From Candidatus Odyssella sp. (GTDB taxonomy: Bacteria > Pseudomonadota > Alphaproteobacteria > Paracaedibacterales > CAITNM01): a stretch of 63,737 bases of DNA. The stretch is taken from the NCBI GenBank assembly GCA_020726185.1, contig DYTB01000005.1, forward strand, positions 1-63,737. Direction: 5' to 3'. The notes under the pieces were generated by a model, which had not been told where the DNA came from, searched no databases, and saw only the letters and a list, made by a program, of their open reading frames with translations. Both the position numbers and the translations under genes were made by a program. Shown piece after piece: positions 50,610 through 59,600 of this stretch; the stretch's first letter is position 1; each line of letters opens with the position of its first letter.

Positions 50610-51629
50610 TCAAATATAGGAGGGATCATCCTGACCGACTTTAAAAGGTAAATCATTCTTACATAAAGTGACACTCACGTATTGATTTTGATAGGATCCG
50701 ACTTTGATGGAATAAAATAGGATAATCTTAGAGTTGGTTTTTCTTGGGGTGATTCTTAACAAAAATGGTGCAGTTTTAAACGATATGAGATTAATTGGCG
50801 TAGCTGCCGCATCATATTCGTTTCTAACAAAAGCAGCATCTTCGTAAGAAACAATCTGCAGTACCTTACCGACGTTGGCAAAGAAAGATGCTGTACCTGC
50901 ACCATTGGCGGTTAAGACATCCCCCAATTGACTGCCAGCGGAACTTATTTTAGGGGTGGTAACGCTGCTATCGGCAACCTTTACCGTAGTAATCGCAGCA
51001 TCCGCAATTTTGGCAGTTGTGATATTCACATCTGCAATCTTTGTGGTGGTGACATTAGCATCAATAAGTTGGTTGGTACCCACGGCATTGTTAGCAATTT
51101 GTCCTTGGGTTACCGCTTGATTGGCAAGTTTTTGGGTTGTGACAGCATTATCACTAAGCTTTTGCGTGGTTACTGCACCGTCAGCAAGCTTTGGGGTAGT
51201 AACATTGGCATCAATAATTTGATTGGTTGCTACCGCATTTTGGGCAATTTTTTGAGTAGTTACCGCTGCATCACCAATTTTAGGGGTGGTAACACTTTGG
51301 GCTGCAAGCTTTTGTTCAACCACAGCATTGGCCTCAATCTCAGCATTGGTGACATAGGTCCAGGAAAGATTATTAGCGCCATCAGTTTTTAAGACTTTGT
51401 TGGCATTCAAGGGATCATTAGCCCCTGGTATAGATCCTGCCTGGACAGCATTAATTGCTGCAGCCAACGTATTGACATCATCGGTGAGGGCATTAAATTC
51501 AGCATCAAGCATTTCTGCCGTGGGTGGCCTTTTGGTTGTGGTTAAGATGCCGTAGCGCGTATTGTTGGGCAGTGATTGTAAAGGCACGTAAGGCAGTGAA
51601 GGACGACTCGTATTGGTTGGTAAGGGCAT
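50610..51629 (-). CDS. Tail fibre/needle protein with 10-residue repeats
   Basis: About 14 [ASN]VTTxK[IL]ADx repeats (nt 50937-51356), then GKVLQIV domain. Confidence 0.65.
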   Translation of the reverse strand: MPLPTNTSRPSLPYVPLQSLPNNTRYGILTTTKRPPTAEMLDAEFNALTDDVNTLAAAINAVQAGSIPGANDPLNANKVLKTDGANNLSWTYVTNAEIEANAVVEQKLAAQSVTTPKIGDAAVTTQKIAQNAVATNQIIDANVTTPKLADGAVTTQKLSDNAVTTQKLANQAVTQGQIANNAVGTNQLIDANVTTTKIADVNITTAKIADAAITTVKVADSSVTTPKISSAGSQLGDVLTANGAGTASFFANVGKVLQIVSYEDAAFVRNEYDAAATPINLISFKTAPFLLRITPRKTNSKIILFYSIKVGSYQNQYVSVTLCKNDLPFKVGQDDPSYI

Positions 51630-51673
51630 GGGGGTTTTTCTCCTACGATGATTTTCTCTTTTATATCCTTGTG

Positions 51674-53833
51674 TCAGGTACTACGTTCAGCAATGCCAAA
51701 CAGACGAATTTTCTTTAAATATAACGGTCCACTTAAAGTAGAACCATTAAGACTTAGGCTAAAACTTGCGCTGATAAATTTTAAGCGGTTTTTTGGAAAC
51801 GTGTAAGGATCGTCAAGCCTAAAACCTAAGGCATGCGGATTAGGCTCATTTGGATTATCACCAATATCACCCGCGTTTACTAAAGGGACCTGAGCAAGCG
51901 TATCGCCCTTAAACTGCATCTGATAGGTAGCATGCTGCATAAAGGTCTTACTCAAATCCCCATTGATGATCATGAACAAGGTGTTTTTATTGTCAATTAC
52001 AAAACTTGACGGATAGCTACACTGCAGCTCAAAGCGTTTGTTGGCCCAGCGTCTGCCAGGTAAATGCACTACAGGTGGGATCCACATAAAGTTGATTAAA
52101 TCTTTACCATGATTATCCCCATAGATGGGAACATCACCAGATCCGTCCGCGTATTGGTAAATCTGATGATCGATTAAAAGATATAAGATATTATCCAGGG
52201 TTGCTAAAAAGCTTTGGGATTTTTCAAAATCCCCAGAAAACAAACTCCAAGCATAAAGGTTGGTGGAATACAAAGAAACCAAGACCTTATTCAAACCAAT
52301 TTTAAAGCCACAAAACGCTCCAGATTTATACTTAAATGAACGACAGGCCCGGTAGGCTTGATTAGAAGTTGTAGTGGAAGTGACGTATTGCCTGACCAAG
52401 GGATCAACTGCATCACTTGGGGTGGCAGCAAATTGTTTGGCGACATTTAAGGTACTAAACGACAACAGACCATTTTGACTAACAAAATAGACATCGTTAG
52501 CCATTTCCACCACCAGATTACCATGGACAATGCCGATTGGCAGCATTGATGAAAACTCAAACTTTGGTCTGGTCGGGTCAATTGCGGCTCCCAAAGGTTC
52601 TGAACCGGTCCACACCTGGGTACGGCATCTTCCCATAAACACCATCAGCCCACTGACATAAGCAATCGCTTCAAGGTTATCACAACTTCCGTGACCTTCA
52701 GCCAAATTAATACTTGGCACAGTTTTCGTCGTGGGGTTAAACCAATTATGAATCGTATTCGATTGGTAAGTAAAATAGACCCGTAACGCCTGGTCGGGAT
52801 CACGGTAATTTAAGCCCACCGCACCCGGACCTAGAGCCCAAAGACGATTATGGGCAACTATCAAAAAACTAAACGCTGGAGGCCAATCGCGGTAAAATAA
52901 TTCGGGTGGATGATCAAATGCGGGTAAAACATCTTGTGTGGTGATCGTGATCAAATCCCCATGACGTTGAATGTCAACTACCGTGATTGCAGTGATGACT
53001 CCATGAATTTTAAGTTGGATGTGATTACGGTGTTGATATTTGGCAATCTCAAACATTGCAGCCTTGGATTGATCAAGAGAAAAAGAGAAACGTCGATGCT
53101 CAATGCGATTAAAGTCCTTGGCAGTATCTTCTTTAACAAAATCCACAACTTCGCTTAAAGTACTACCGTCCCAAGCCAAAACCCGATCAACCCCATTACA
53201 AATCATGACGGTGTTTAAAAAGGTAACTGACCTTGGCACACAAGCTACACTTAAACCAGTTTTAAGCGCTGCACTTAAGGTTGCGGTTTTTAAGTCATAG
53301 ACATAAAGGCTTCCTTGAGAAAATAACAAAGAATTAATTCTCACCCCATGCAGTGGCAAGGGAAAGGAATTATCTTGTACGGTAATGGTGACAGTTTGGC
53401 CTAATACAGATTTGTTGACAATTGTCGCATAAAGGGTGGTTACCCCAAGGCTGGTATAGGGAATTTTAATTATTGTGTCGACATTGAAGGCACCCAGATT
53501 ATTGGTTTGAAAACTAAAACGATTTGGCGCCAGCACTTGAAAATTCTGAGCTGTCGCATCTTGGACAAAGGTTTGTACATAAAGCAGCATTTGGCTGTCA
53601 CCATTAGCTTTAGCATAAGGGAAAGCTTCGATGATCACCGCATCGGGATCAAGGTTCACACCAGCTAAACGTTTGGTGCCATAACGCACCATGGCTAAAC
53701 CTTGCGGTGTCGGTAAAATGTTTTCTAAGACCGAGGCAAAATCCTGGGGTAACACTTCAGGAGCAATATTACGGTTCATGCCCTGGATGGGTGGATTAAA
53801 TTCTAAAACGTTGTAGTTAGCTTCCTGGAACAT
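51674..53833 (-). CDS. Tail hub / tubular protein B (gp10-like)
   Basis: 719 aa, beta-rich; P...GMNR..APE.LP....S.LEN.LP start typical of podophage stabilisation proteins. Confidence 0.6.
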   Translation of the reverse strand: MFQEANYNVLEFNPPIQGMNRNIAPEVLPQDFASVLENILPTPQGLAMVRYGTKRLAGVNLDPDAVIIEAFPYAKANGDSQMLLYVQTFVQDATAQNFQVLAPNRFSFQTNNLGAFNVDTIIKIPYTSLGVTTLYATIVNKSVLGQTVTITVQDNSFPLPLHGVRINSLLFSQGSLYVYDLKTATLSAALKTGLSVACVPRSVTFLNTVMICNGVDRVLAWDGSTLSEVVDFVKEDTAKDFNRIEHRRFSFSLDQSKAAMFEIAKYQHRNHIQLKIHGVITAITVVDIQRHGDLITITTQDVLPAFDHPPELFYRDWPPAFSFLIVAHNRLWALGPGAVGLNYRDPDQALRVYFTYQSNTIHNWFNPTTKTVPSINLAEGHGSCDNLEAIAYVSGLMVFMGRCRTQVWTGSEPLGAAIDPTRPKFEFSSMLPIGIVHGNLVVEMANDVYFVSQNGLLSFSTLNVAKQFAATPSDAVDPLVRQYVTSTTTSNQAYRACRSFKYKSGAFCGFKIGLNKVLVSLYSTNLYAWSLFSGDFEKSQSFLATLDNILYLLIDHQIYQYADGSGDVPIYGDNHGKDLINFMWIPPVVHLPGRRWANKRFELQCSYPSSFVIDNKNTLFMIINGDLSKTFMQHATYQMQFKGDTLAQVPLVNAGDIGDNPNEPNPHALGFRLDDPYTFPKNRLKFISASFSLSLNGSTLSGPLYLKKIRLFGIAERST

Positions 53834-53848
53834 GATTTATCCATCCTG

Positions 53849-54487
53849 CTAGACACTACTGAACGTAGAAAATACTGTACCACTGGAATTATAGAGATAG
53901 GAGAGGAGTCTGGTCTGCCCAACTTCCCAGCGCTTCTTCGCATCAACCGCTTTTTGTAAGTTTTTAAAACCACCTTCTTCTTGAAACAAATAATACAACG
54001 CGCCATCAACCAAAACTGGATGATAGGCAAAGGGATAGGGAATATCCTGTTCTGGGGTATTCTCTGCTAAAATGATAGGTTGCGGGATATACCAGATCTT
54101 AATCGAGGTGATTGCTGTCTGTATTGGCACAAACTGGAGTATATCCTTTTGCACAAAGTACTGGATGGGGTGGCCAGTTCTGCTAAATGCCGGGTCTTTC
54201 TCCAAGATATCGCTTAAGCAAACTTTGTGGAGTTGGCGCTTATGGGTGAGATCATAAACATATGAGACTAGATAAGGAATCTCGGGCAATTGTACCTGAT
54301 TTGAGTCAGCTTGATTGGCAAGAGTTGTATGAGTTAGTAAATCTTGGTTAAAATTAGCGGTAACCTGGTAGAGCTCTAAATGGGCAAGATTCAAGTATTG
54401 TAAAAAAATCGTCCTCTCCTCTTTAGTAATGTTGTCATTACCCAAAGAGAGATTGCCCATTAAGCTTAGTAACCCTGAAACCTGCAT
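53849..54487 (-). CDS. Head-tail adaptor / tubular protein A (gp4-like)
   Basis: 212 aa; YLNLA...L, IP..YH.VLVDGALY; position after capsid genes. Confidence 0.55.
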   Translation of the reverse strand: MQVSGLLSLMGNLSLGNDNITKEERTIFLQYLNLAHLELYQVTANFNQDLLTHTTLANQADSNQVQLPEIPYLVSYVYDLTHKRQLHKVCLSDILEKDPAFSRTGHPIQYFVQKDILQFVPIQTAITSIKIWYIPQPIILAENTPEQDIPYPFAYHPVLVDGALYYLFQEEGGFKNLQKAVDAKKRWEVGQTRLLSYLYNSSGTVFSTFSSV

Positions 54488-54567
54488 CTACGATCTGCCC
54501 CTCCCACATCACTAACTCAGTAAATTACCACCAATCATAAATTCTTCTTGCCAGCATCTTTTATGTG

Positions 54568-54927
54568 TTAGTAATTACCAACCACCAGCAGCATCGATAT
54601 AATACTGCCCGCAGCAATTGCGGTACCTCCATTGGCCACTGCCACATTGATAATTTTGCCAGTGGCATCAATAGTTATCGAAGTTGTTGCTCCAGGGACT
54701 GGAACATTGATCGCCCCTGCAGCGGTTCTAACCATAAAAGACAAGATGGTTTTAATTTTACCCGCTCCCGTCCAGGTTAAAACATTGGCATTGGCGTTAG
54801 CTGCAATTCCTGCGGTGGTGGTAATATCAAAGGCCAGAAGCTGATAATCACCCCCGGTAGATGCGATGGCATTATTAACATTAGGTGCGGTCGTGGTATT
54901 TTGCATGTAGCGAACAACACTTGTCAT
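54568..54927 (-). CDS. Small beta-rich capsid decoration-like protein
   Basis: 119 aa Ala/Thr/Ile-rich, directly after the capsid gene. Confidence 0.4.
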   Translation of the reverse strand: MTSVVRYMQNTTTAPNVNNAIASTGGDYQLLAFDITTTAGIAANANANVLTWTGAGKIKTILSFMVRTAAGAINVPVPGATTSITIDATGKIINVAVANGGTAIAAGSIISMLLVVGNY

Positions 54928-54959
54928 GATGAAATCTCCCTATTTAACTTGATTAAAAT

Positions 54960-56180
54960 TTAAAAGCTGACAAACGAATGAATAATTCCTTGTTCAACCA
55001 CAGTGTTTGATCCAACTACTGCACCAGCTTGACTTGCGTATAAACTTTTAAACTGCAGCATCTTTTGCCCGCGAAACTCATGACCAAAGTAGAGCTGAAT
55101 CCGCTCCACCAGGTCGTTTTCCATACCAATTTGCGGTTCTTCAGCCCAGCCAATTGAAAGTGCTCCAGCGCCCATAAAAAGATTCCAGGCCGCTTGTTTA
55201 GTACCATCAGCACTGGTAATCGCATATTGGTAAAGGTCACGGCAACTGTAAATCTCAATACCCCGATATTCGCCGATATAATCCGCACCATTTAAGGTTT
55301 GCGGGGTATTTTCTTGATCAATCACGGTGCCACGATTAAAGGTTGAGTTAGCAAACAATGGATCAGCAAACAAACTGGGTAAGGTTTGCGGATGCGCTAA
55401 ATAAATATACTTGTTCATCGGCCAACCGGCTTTACTTTTAATGTAAGCCGGGCGAATTGCGTATTCGCTATTAACCGCAATATCAGCAGCATTACCCCGT
55501 TCAGCATATTGCTTGAGGGTTTCGAGGTGCTTGGCGGAAAGACCAGAACCTGCAGGGGCTGTGTTGGCGGAAGTCTGCATACCATTAACAAGCGTTGGGA
55601 ACGTACCATTCGCTTGATAAGCGGCTCTGGCTAAAAGTGTTCCTGCAGCGACTGGAAAGACGACCCGATCATAAGCAGGAAAATGACCGGCAACGTTACC
55701 GGTTAAGGCAGAACCGGTGGTAAGAGCCGGATAGGCAGTTGATGTCATCGCATTAAACAGATCATAGTTTAAACATCTTGAAAATGCTTCCACCAATTGC
55801 TGACGCGCATAGGGTGGTAAATCAATTGGCGTACCGTAGTCGAGAATGTCATAGCCTTTGATTTGTACCAAAAAGCTTTTAAAGTTCACAGAAACCGCAT
55901 CATAGTCAACTTGTTGTTGCTGGGCATTACCACGGCGTTGATCAAAGTTGACAATCGGGTTTTTGTAATCAAGCGCTTGGAGTTTACTCATGCGGTATTG
56001 CAGACCTTCACCACGACCAAGTATTTTACGAACAATCGGGCGACTTGGTTCCTTACCCATCAGTTGAAAAAGTGGGGTGATTTGCACCCATTCCTTGAAG
56101 ACTGGACTAACGACATCAAAGGGGAAGAGGTTTTGGTTAATCCCGTTATAGCCGGGAGCCGGAACTGGATAAAGCGCCAT
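54960..56180 (-). CDS. Major capsid protein
   Basis: 406 aa between scaffold and adaptor; Y..LAHP, IG.YRG, LFMGAGAL..GWA pattern. Confidence 0.7.
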   Translation of the reverse strand: MALYPVPAPGYNGINQNLFPFDVVSPVFKEWVQITPLFQLMGKEPSRPIVRKILGRGEGLQYRMSKLQALDYKNPIVNFDQRRGNAQQQQVDYDAVSVNFKSFLVQIKGYDILDYGTPIDLPPYARQQLVEAFSRCLNYDLFNAMTSTAYPALTTGSALTGNVAGHFPAYDRVVFPVAAGTLLARAAYQANGTFPTLVNGMQTSANTAPAGSGLSAKHLETLKQYAERGNAADIAVNSEYAIRPAYIKSKAGWPMNKYIYLAHPQTLPSLFADPLFANSTFNRGTVIDQENTPQTLNGADYIGEYRGIEIYSCRDLYQYAITSADGTKQAAWNLFMGAGALSIGWAEEPQIGMENDLVERIQLYFGHEFRGQKMLQFKSLYASQAGAVVGSNTVVEQGIIHSFVSF

Positions 56181-56409
56181 AAAAAAATCCTTTTTTAAAA
56201 ATCCACAAAAACATAAGCGTTGAAAGTTGCAACCATCGTTGTAACTAACATTTAAGTATTTTGGTTCTTTTCAAAAAAGCTAGCGGCTCTACCAGTAACC
56301 AAAGATAATAGCCTTAGGTCATACATTTGGCTGTCTTTGGATTCTTGGCAAAACGGGTCTTTTAATTAAAGCTTGAAGGTTCAAGCGGGCGATTAATAGC
56401 TAGTGGCCT

Positions 56410-57402
56410 TTACCTTCGTCTGACTCTGTCACGTTCCTCAAAAAGAGCAGAGATGGTATCTTTAACACCACCCGTGCCATCTACCCCATTGCCAATTTCA
56501 GCAATACGATAACGTGGTTTATCGAAGTCTTCGTATTGTGATAACTTTTTGTTTAATTTGTCAATAGTTTTATGAAGACTATCAATATCTTGGTTTTTCT
56601 TATCTATATATGCAAAGACTCCACCTGCAGATTTAATATCTTTGTAACTTGTCTCATAATAGTGTTTACCAATAGATAGCATCTTTTTGGTAAGCTTGAC
56701 TGGTTCATCACTTAATTCGGTGAGATCCTCAAGTGCTTCTTGAATGTCTTCAAGGGGAGCGAGGTTTAAGAAATAATCAAAGGCTTTTATTTTATCATCT
56801 AACAGTTCGTCATCACTATATTTACGAAGGTTTATCAATTCGGTGTTGGCAATTTTTAAGACATTCGCAAACGGATGGGAATTATAGGGAGAACCTTCCA
56901 GCTCTGTCGCTGTTTCACCGCTGCTATTTTCTAAAGACTCGACTAAGCTTTGTGCTTCTTCTCGTGATAAACTACCACTTGCAACAAGCTCTTGGGTGAT
57001 CTTTAACGCATTCTTTAACTTTCGAGCATTTTGGTGGCCAAACCTTTGGGTATCGGTAATTACCTTGCGGTTTTTGAGTAACTCCTCCTGCAGGGCTTTA
57101 AGCTCTGATTCAGCACTAACTTCTCCGACAGGATCATGATATCCTGACTTTGCAACGCCCGTTTTTAAATCTTTTTGTGATTCTCGTGTTGCTTCTGCGG
57201 TTTGTTTATCCGGTGTATTTCCTGTTGCCAGATGTGCTTGGTCTTCAGCCAGATGTTTTTGGTCTCTTTCATTAAATAAGTCAGAAATCGTATCACGAAG
57301 TTCACCCTCTATTTTCTTGGAGTTGACTCGATCAATCTGGTCTTCTTTTTTAAGATTTTCAATCATTTTTTTTCTCCTATAATCTGTGTCTAGCCAAAGC
57401 AT
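56410..57402 (-). CDS. Scaffolding-like protein (start probably MIENL near 57366)
   Basis: Acidic, coiled-coil rich; between portal and capsid. Confidence 0.55.
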   Translation of the reverse strand: MLWLDTDYRRKKMIENLKKEDQIDRVNSKKIEGELRDTISDLFNERDQKHLAEDQAHLATGNTPDKQTAEATRESQKDLKTGVAKSGYHDPVGEVSAESELKALQEELLKNRKVITDTQRFGHQNARKLKNALKITQELVASGSLSREEAQSLVESLENSSGETATELEGSPYNSHPFANVLKIANTELINLRKYSDDELLDDKIKAFDYFLNLAPLEDIQEALEDLTELSDEPVKLTKKMLSIGKHYYETSYKDIKSAGGVFAYIDKKNQDIDSLHKTIDKLNKKLSQYEDFDKPRYRIAEIGNGVDGTGGVKDTISALFEERDRVRRR

Positions 57403-57423
57403 TGACTAACGTTGTCATCGTCA

Positions 57424-59259
57424 TTAAACTTTTCCTTGTTGTGGGACGGTTGGGACATGACCTTTCCCAGCAGGGGTCGATACATACTCTGCTGGCGCTC
57501 CGCGTCCTGCAACACTTTCTTCCATCATGGTCTTTTGTTGCATCGCCTGCTGCATTTCACTTGCAATCGTTTCAGGGTCGCGAATCCCCAGGCGTCGCAT
57601 CAGATCAGGAGATGTCATCAGCCACTGAGCATGGGCATTCGACAATAGCGATTCAAAGGTTGCCTTTTGTTCCGCAAAAGAACTTTGATAATCTGGGACT
57701 TCTTCAATGTACAAGGAAATCGGTAGGTTACGAATATCATTAAGCACCATGGGCTTACCATTGATTTCTCTGATCAGGTTTAAAATGATCACCTCTCGTT
57801 CCGGTGGACTTAAAATCTCCACAGCCAGATTCATCGCTTGACTTGCTTGAATCAGAGCCAGGATAAAACGTGCTTCGCGTTTCTTCATTTGCGAAAAATT
57901 ATCAAAGGCAAAGACATTGTTCCTTACACTGTTAACTTGACGAATATTTTGAGCAACGCCACTGGTGGCATTGGTTTGCACCCCGAGCATTTCATCATAA
58001 ATGCCTGTGACACGCTGCATCAGATTAAGGTAGAGTTCGACAATTTTAATCTGCTCTTCACCCATTTGCGCATTACTCGACATCTGAAACTTGGAATCCT
58101 TTGGCAGCACGATCACCGAATCGATTGCTTTGAGTTCTTGGCGAATCTTTTCAAGATCACTTCCTGCCATTGGATTGCCTTCAAAGATCACTCGAGCAGA
58201 ATTGATTGCATAAACCGATTTTGTAACCCTCACATTGCAATCGCGTTGAATATCTTTCATGCTTTCTAACAAGCCATACGCAACGCCTGTTTTAAAACGG
58301 CGTTGAAAGACAATCGGAATATAGCTAAAGTCGTGCTGATCTGGAAAGGTGGCATCTAAGGGGGCATGTTCTAACAGGATGTTATCTAAAAACAAGGTCC
58401 GCATAATGCGTTCTCCCTGACTTTCTGCTATATCCTTATCCGCCGATGCAACGAGCTCTTCAGCAGTTTCAAGCGTAAAGGTTTTAAAGGATCGACCTTG
58501 GTGATCAATACCCTGATACACTTTATGGGGAACTTTGTATTGGACTTCTACCACCAATACACGGTTTTGATTAACCCCGTTATAATTGCTGTAATCAGTA
58601 TAGGCAGAGTTGCGGTCCATCAGCTCTGGACTAAATAGTCCTTCATAGTAAGCAGAATCTTGATTAACCTCAATGTCACTAGCGGTTTTAGGCCACCTCG
58701 CTTTGACCATTCGAGGGTCCATCCAGCGTTTACGGCAGACGTATTTCATGGCCGTATATTGTGGGGTGAGATCATCGGGATCTGGGATAATATTAAAGGG
58801 ATGCACGTAATCATAAAAAATTTCGCCATCTTCTTTGTACAAATAACTCCAGCCAATCCCACAAATTAGGGAGTCTCTGAATTTTAAGCTGCCTTTATAG
58901 GGTAATTCCTCATGCTCTTGAATATAAAACAACAGATGGGTTAGGGCTTCAGCGAGTTTATCATCTTGGATGTTATGGGAATCATTACGGCAAGCGGTAC
59001 GGTAACGGGATTGGATTTCGACACCGGAAAGATTATCGATAAAACCTTTGCAGATATTAACGGTAATTGGCAGTTGGCTACGTTCTTGTAGCTTGTGCAA
59101 ATCAATATTTTGCCACTGGCCCGTGCCATCGTAAAATCCATAGTCATTAATACATTTGTTACGAAACTCCACGGCAGATGGATGCAGATTGGCAGCCCTA
59201 AAATATTCTTGGGCGGTGGTCAGGGCCTTTTGCCGAGATGCTGAAAGTGGGTAGGTCAT
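57424..59259 (-). CDS. Portal protein (P22 gp1-like)
   Basis: 611 aa; FYDGTGQW, TVNIC, G.GW, DPD, YG....MKDIQRDCN, SGVA. Confidence 0.8.
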   Translation of the reverse strand: MTYPLSASRQKALTTAQEYFRAANLHPSAVEFRNKCINDYGFYDGTGQWQNIDLHKLQERSQLPITVNICKGFIDNLSGVEIQSRYRTACRNDSHNIQDDKLAEALTHLLFYIQEHEELPYKGSLKFRDSLICGIGWSYLYKEDGEIFYDYVHPFNIIPDPDDLTPQYTAMKYVCRKRWMDPRMVKARWPKTASDIEVNQDSAYYEGLFSPELMDRNSAYTDYSNYNGVNQNRVLVVEVQYKVPHKVYQGIDHQGRSFKTFTLETAEELVASADKDIAESQGERIMRTLFLDNILLEHAPLDATFPDQHDFSYIPIVFQRRFKTGVAYGLLESMKDIQRDCNVRVTKSVYAINSARVIFEGNPMAGSDLEKIRQELKAIDSVIVLPKDSKFQMSSNAQMGEEQIKIVELYLNLMQRVTGIYDEMLGVQTNATSGVAQNIRQVNSVRNNVFAFDNFSQMKKREARFILALIQASQAMNLAVEILSPPEREVIILNLIREINGKPMVLNDIRNLPISLYIEEVPDYQSSFAEQKATFESLLSNAHAQWLMTSPDLMRRLGIRDPETIASEMQQAMQQKTMMEESVAGRGAPAEYVSTPAGKGHVPTVPQQGKV

Positions 59260-59480
59260 TTAGCTCCTACCTGCGCTGAATAGAGGTTGGCAATTCTAGA
59301 TGGCAAGAGGTTGGTAAAATTGTGGAGGTTGGCAAAAAAACTGCAACGCCTTTGATATGTGATCATGGCTCTCTGCCTTGCTGACCAGAGGTTGGCAAAA
59401 TTGTGGAGGTTGGCAAAACTACAATACCCTTGAGCTGTGGTCGCAACCTTTTGCCAAGCTGATGAAAATGGGTATGCCAT
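59256..59480 (-). CDS. 74-aa ORF made of diverged copies of the portal N-terminus
   Basis: 15/26 identity with portal residues 1-26; ATGA overlap with the portal start; repeats keep frame. Confidence 0.45.
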   Translation of the reverse strand: MAYPFSSAWQKVATTAQGYCSFANLHNFANLWSARQRAMITYQRRCSFFANLHNFTNLLPSRIANLYSAQVGAK

Positions 59481-59544
59481 CGGTTAAGCCTTTGTTAAAA
59501 ACTTTAAAAATGTTAATACGATAAATACTGTTAAGAACTTATGT

Positions 59545-59572
59545 AGTATAACATCTTTGTTGATAAATTCAA
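59545..59572 (-). promoter_or_regulatory. Possible sigma70-type promoter upstream of the mini-ORF/portal operon
   Basis: TTGAAT-N16-TATACT with extended -10 TG. Confidence 0.35.
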
Positions 59573-59600
59573 TATTTATGAATTTACTTCTTACTCCTTA

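Noticed and set aside
19837-59418. CRISPR interpretation of the GTATAGA or GAGGTTGGCA repeats
   Set aside because: Units too short, no unique spacers of constant length, no cas genes
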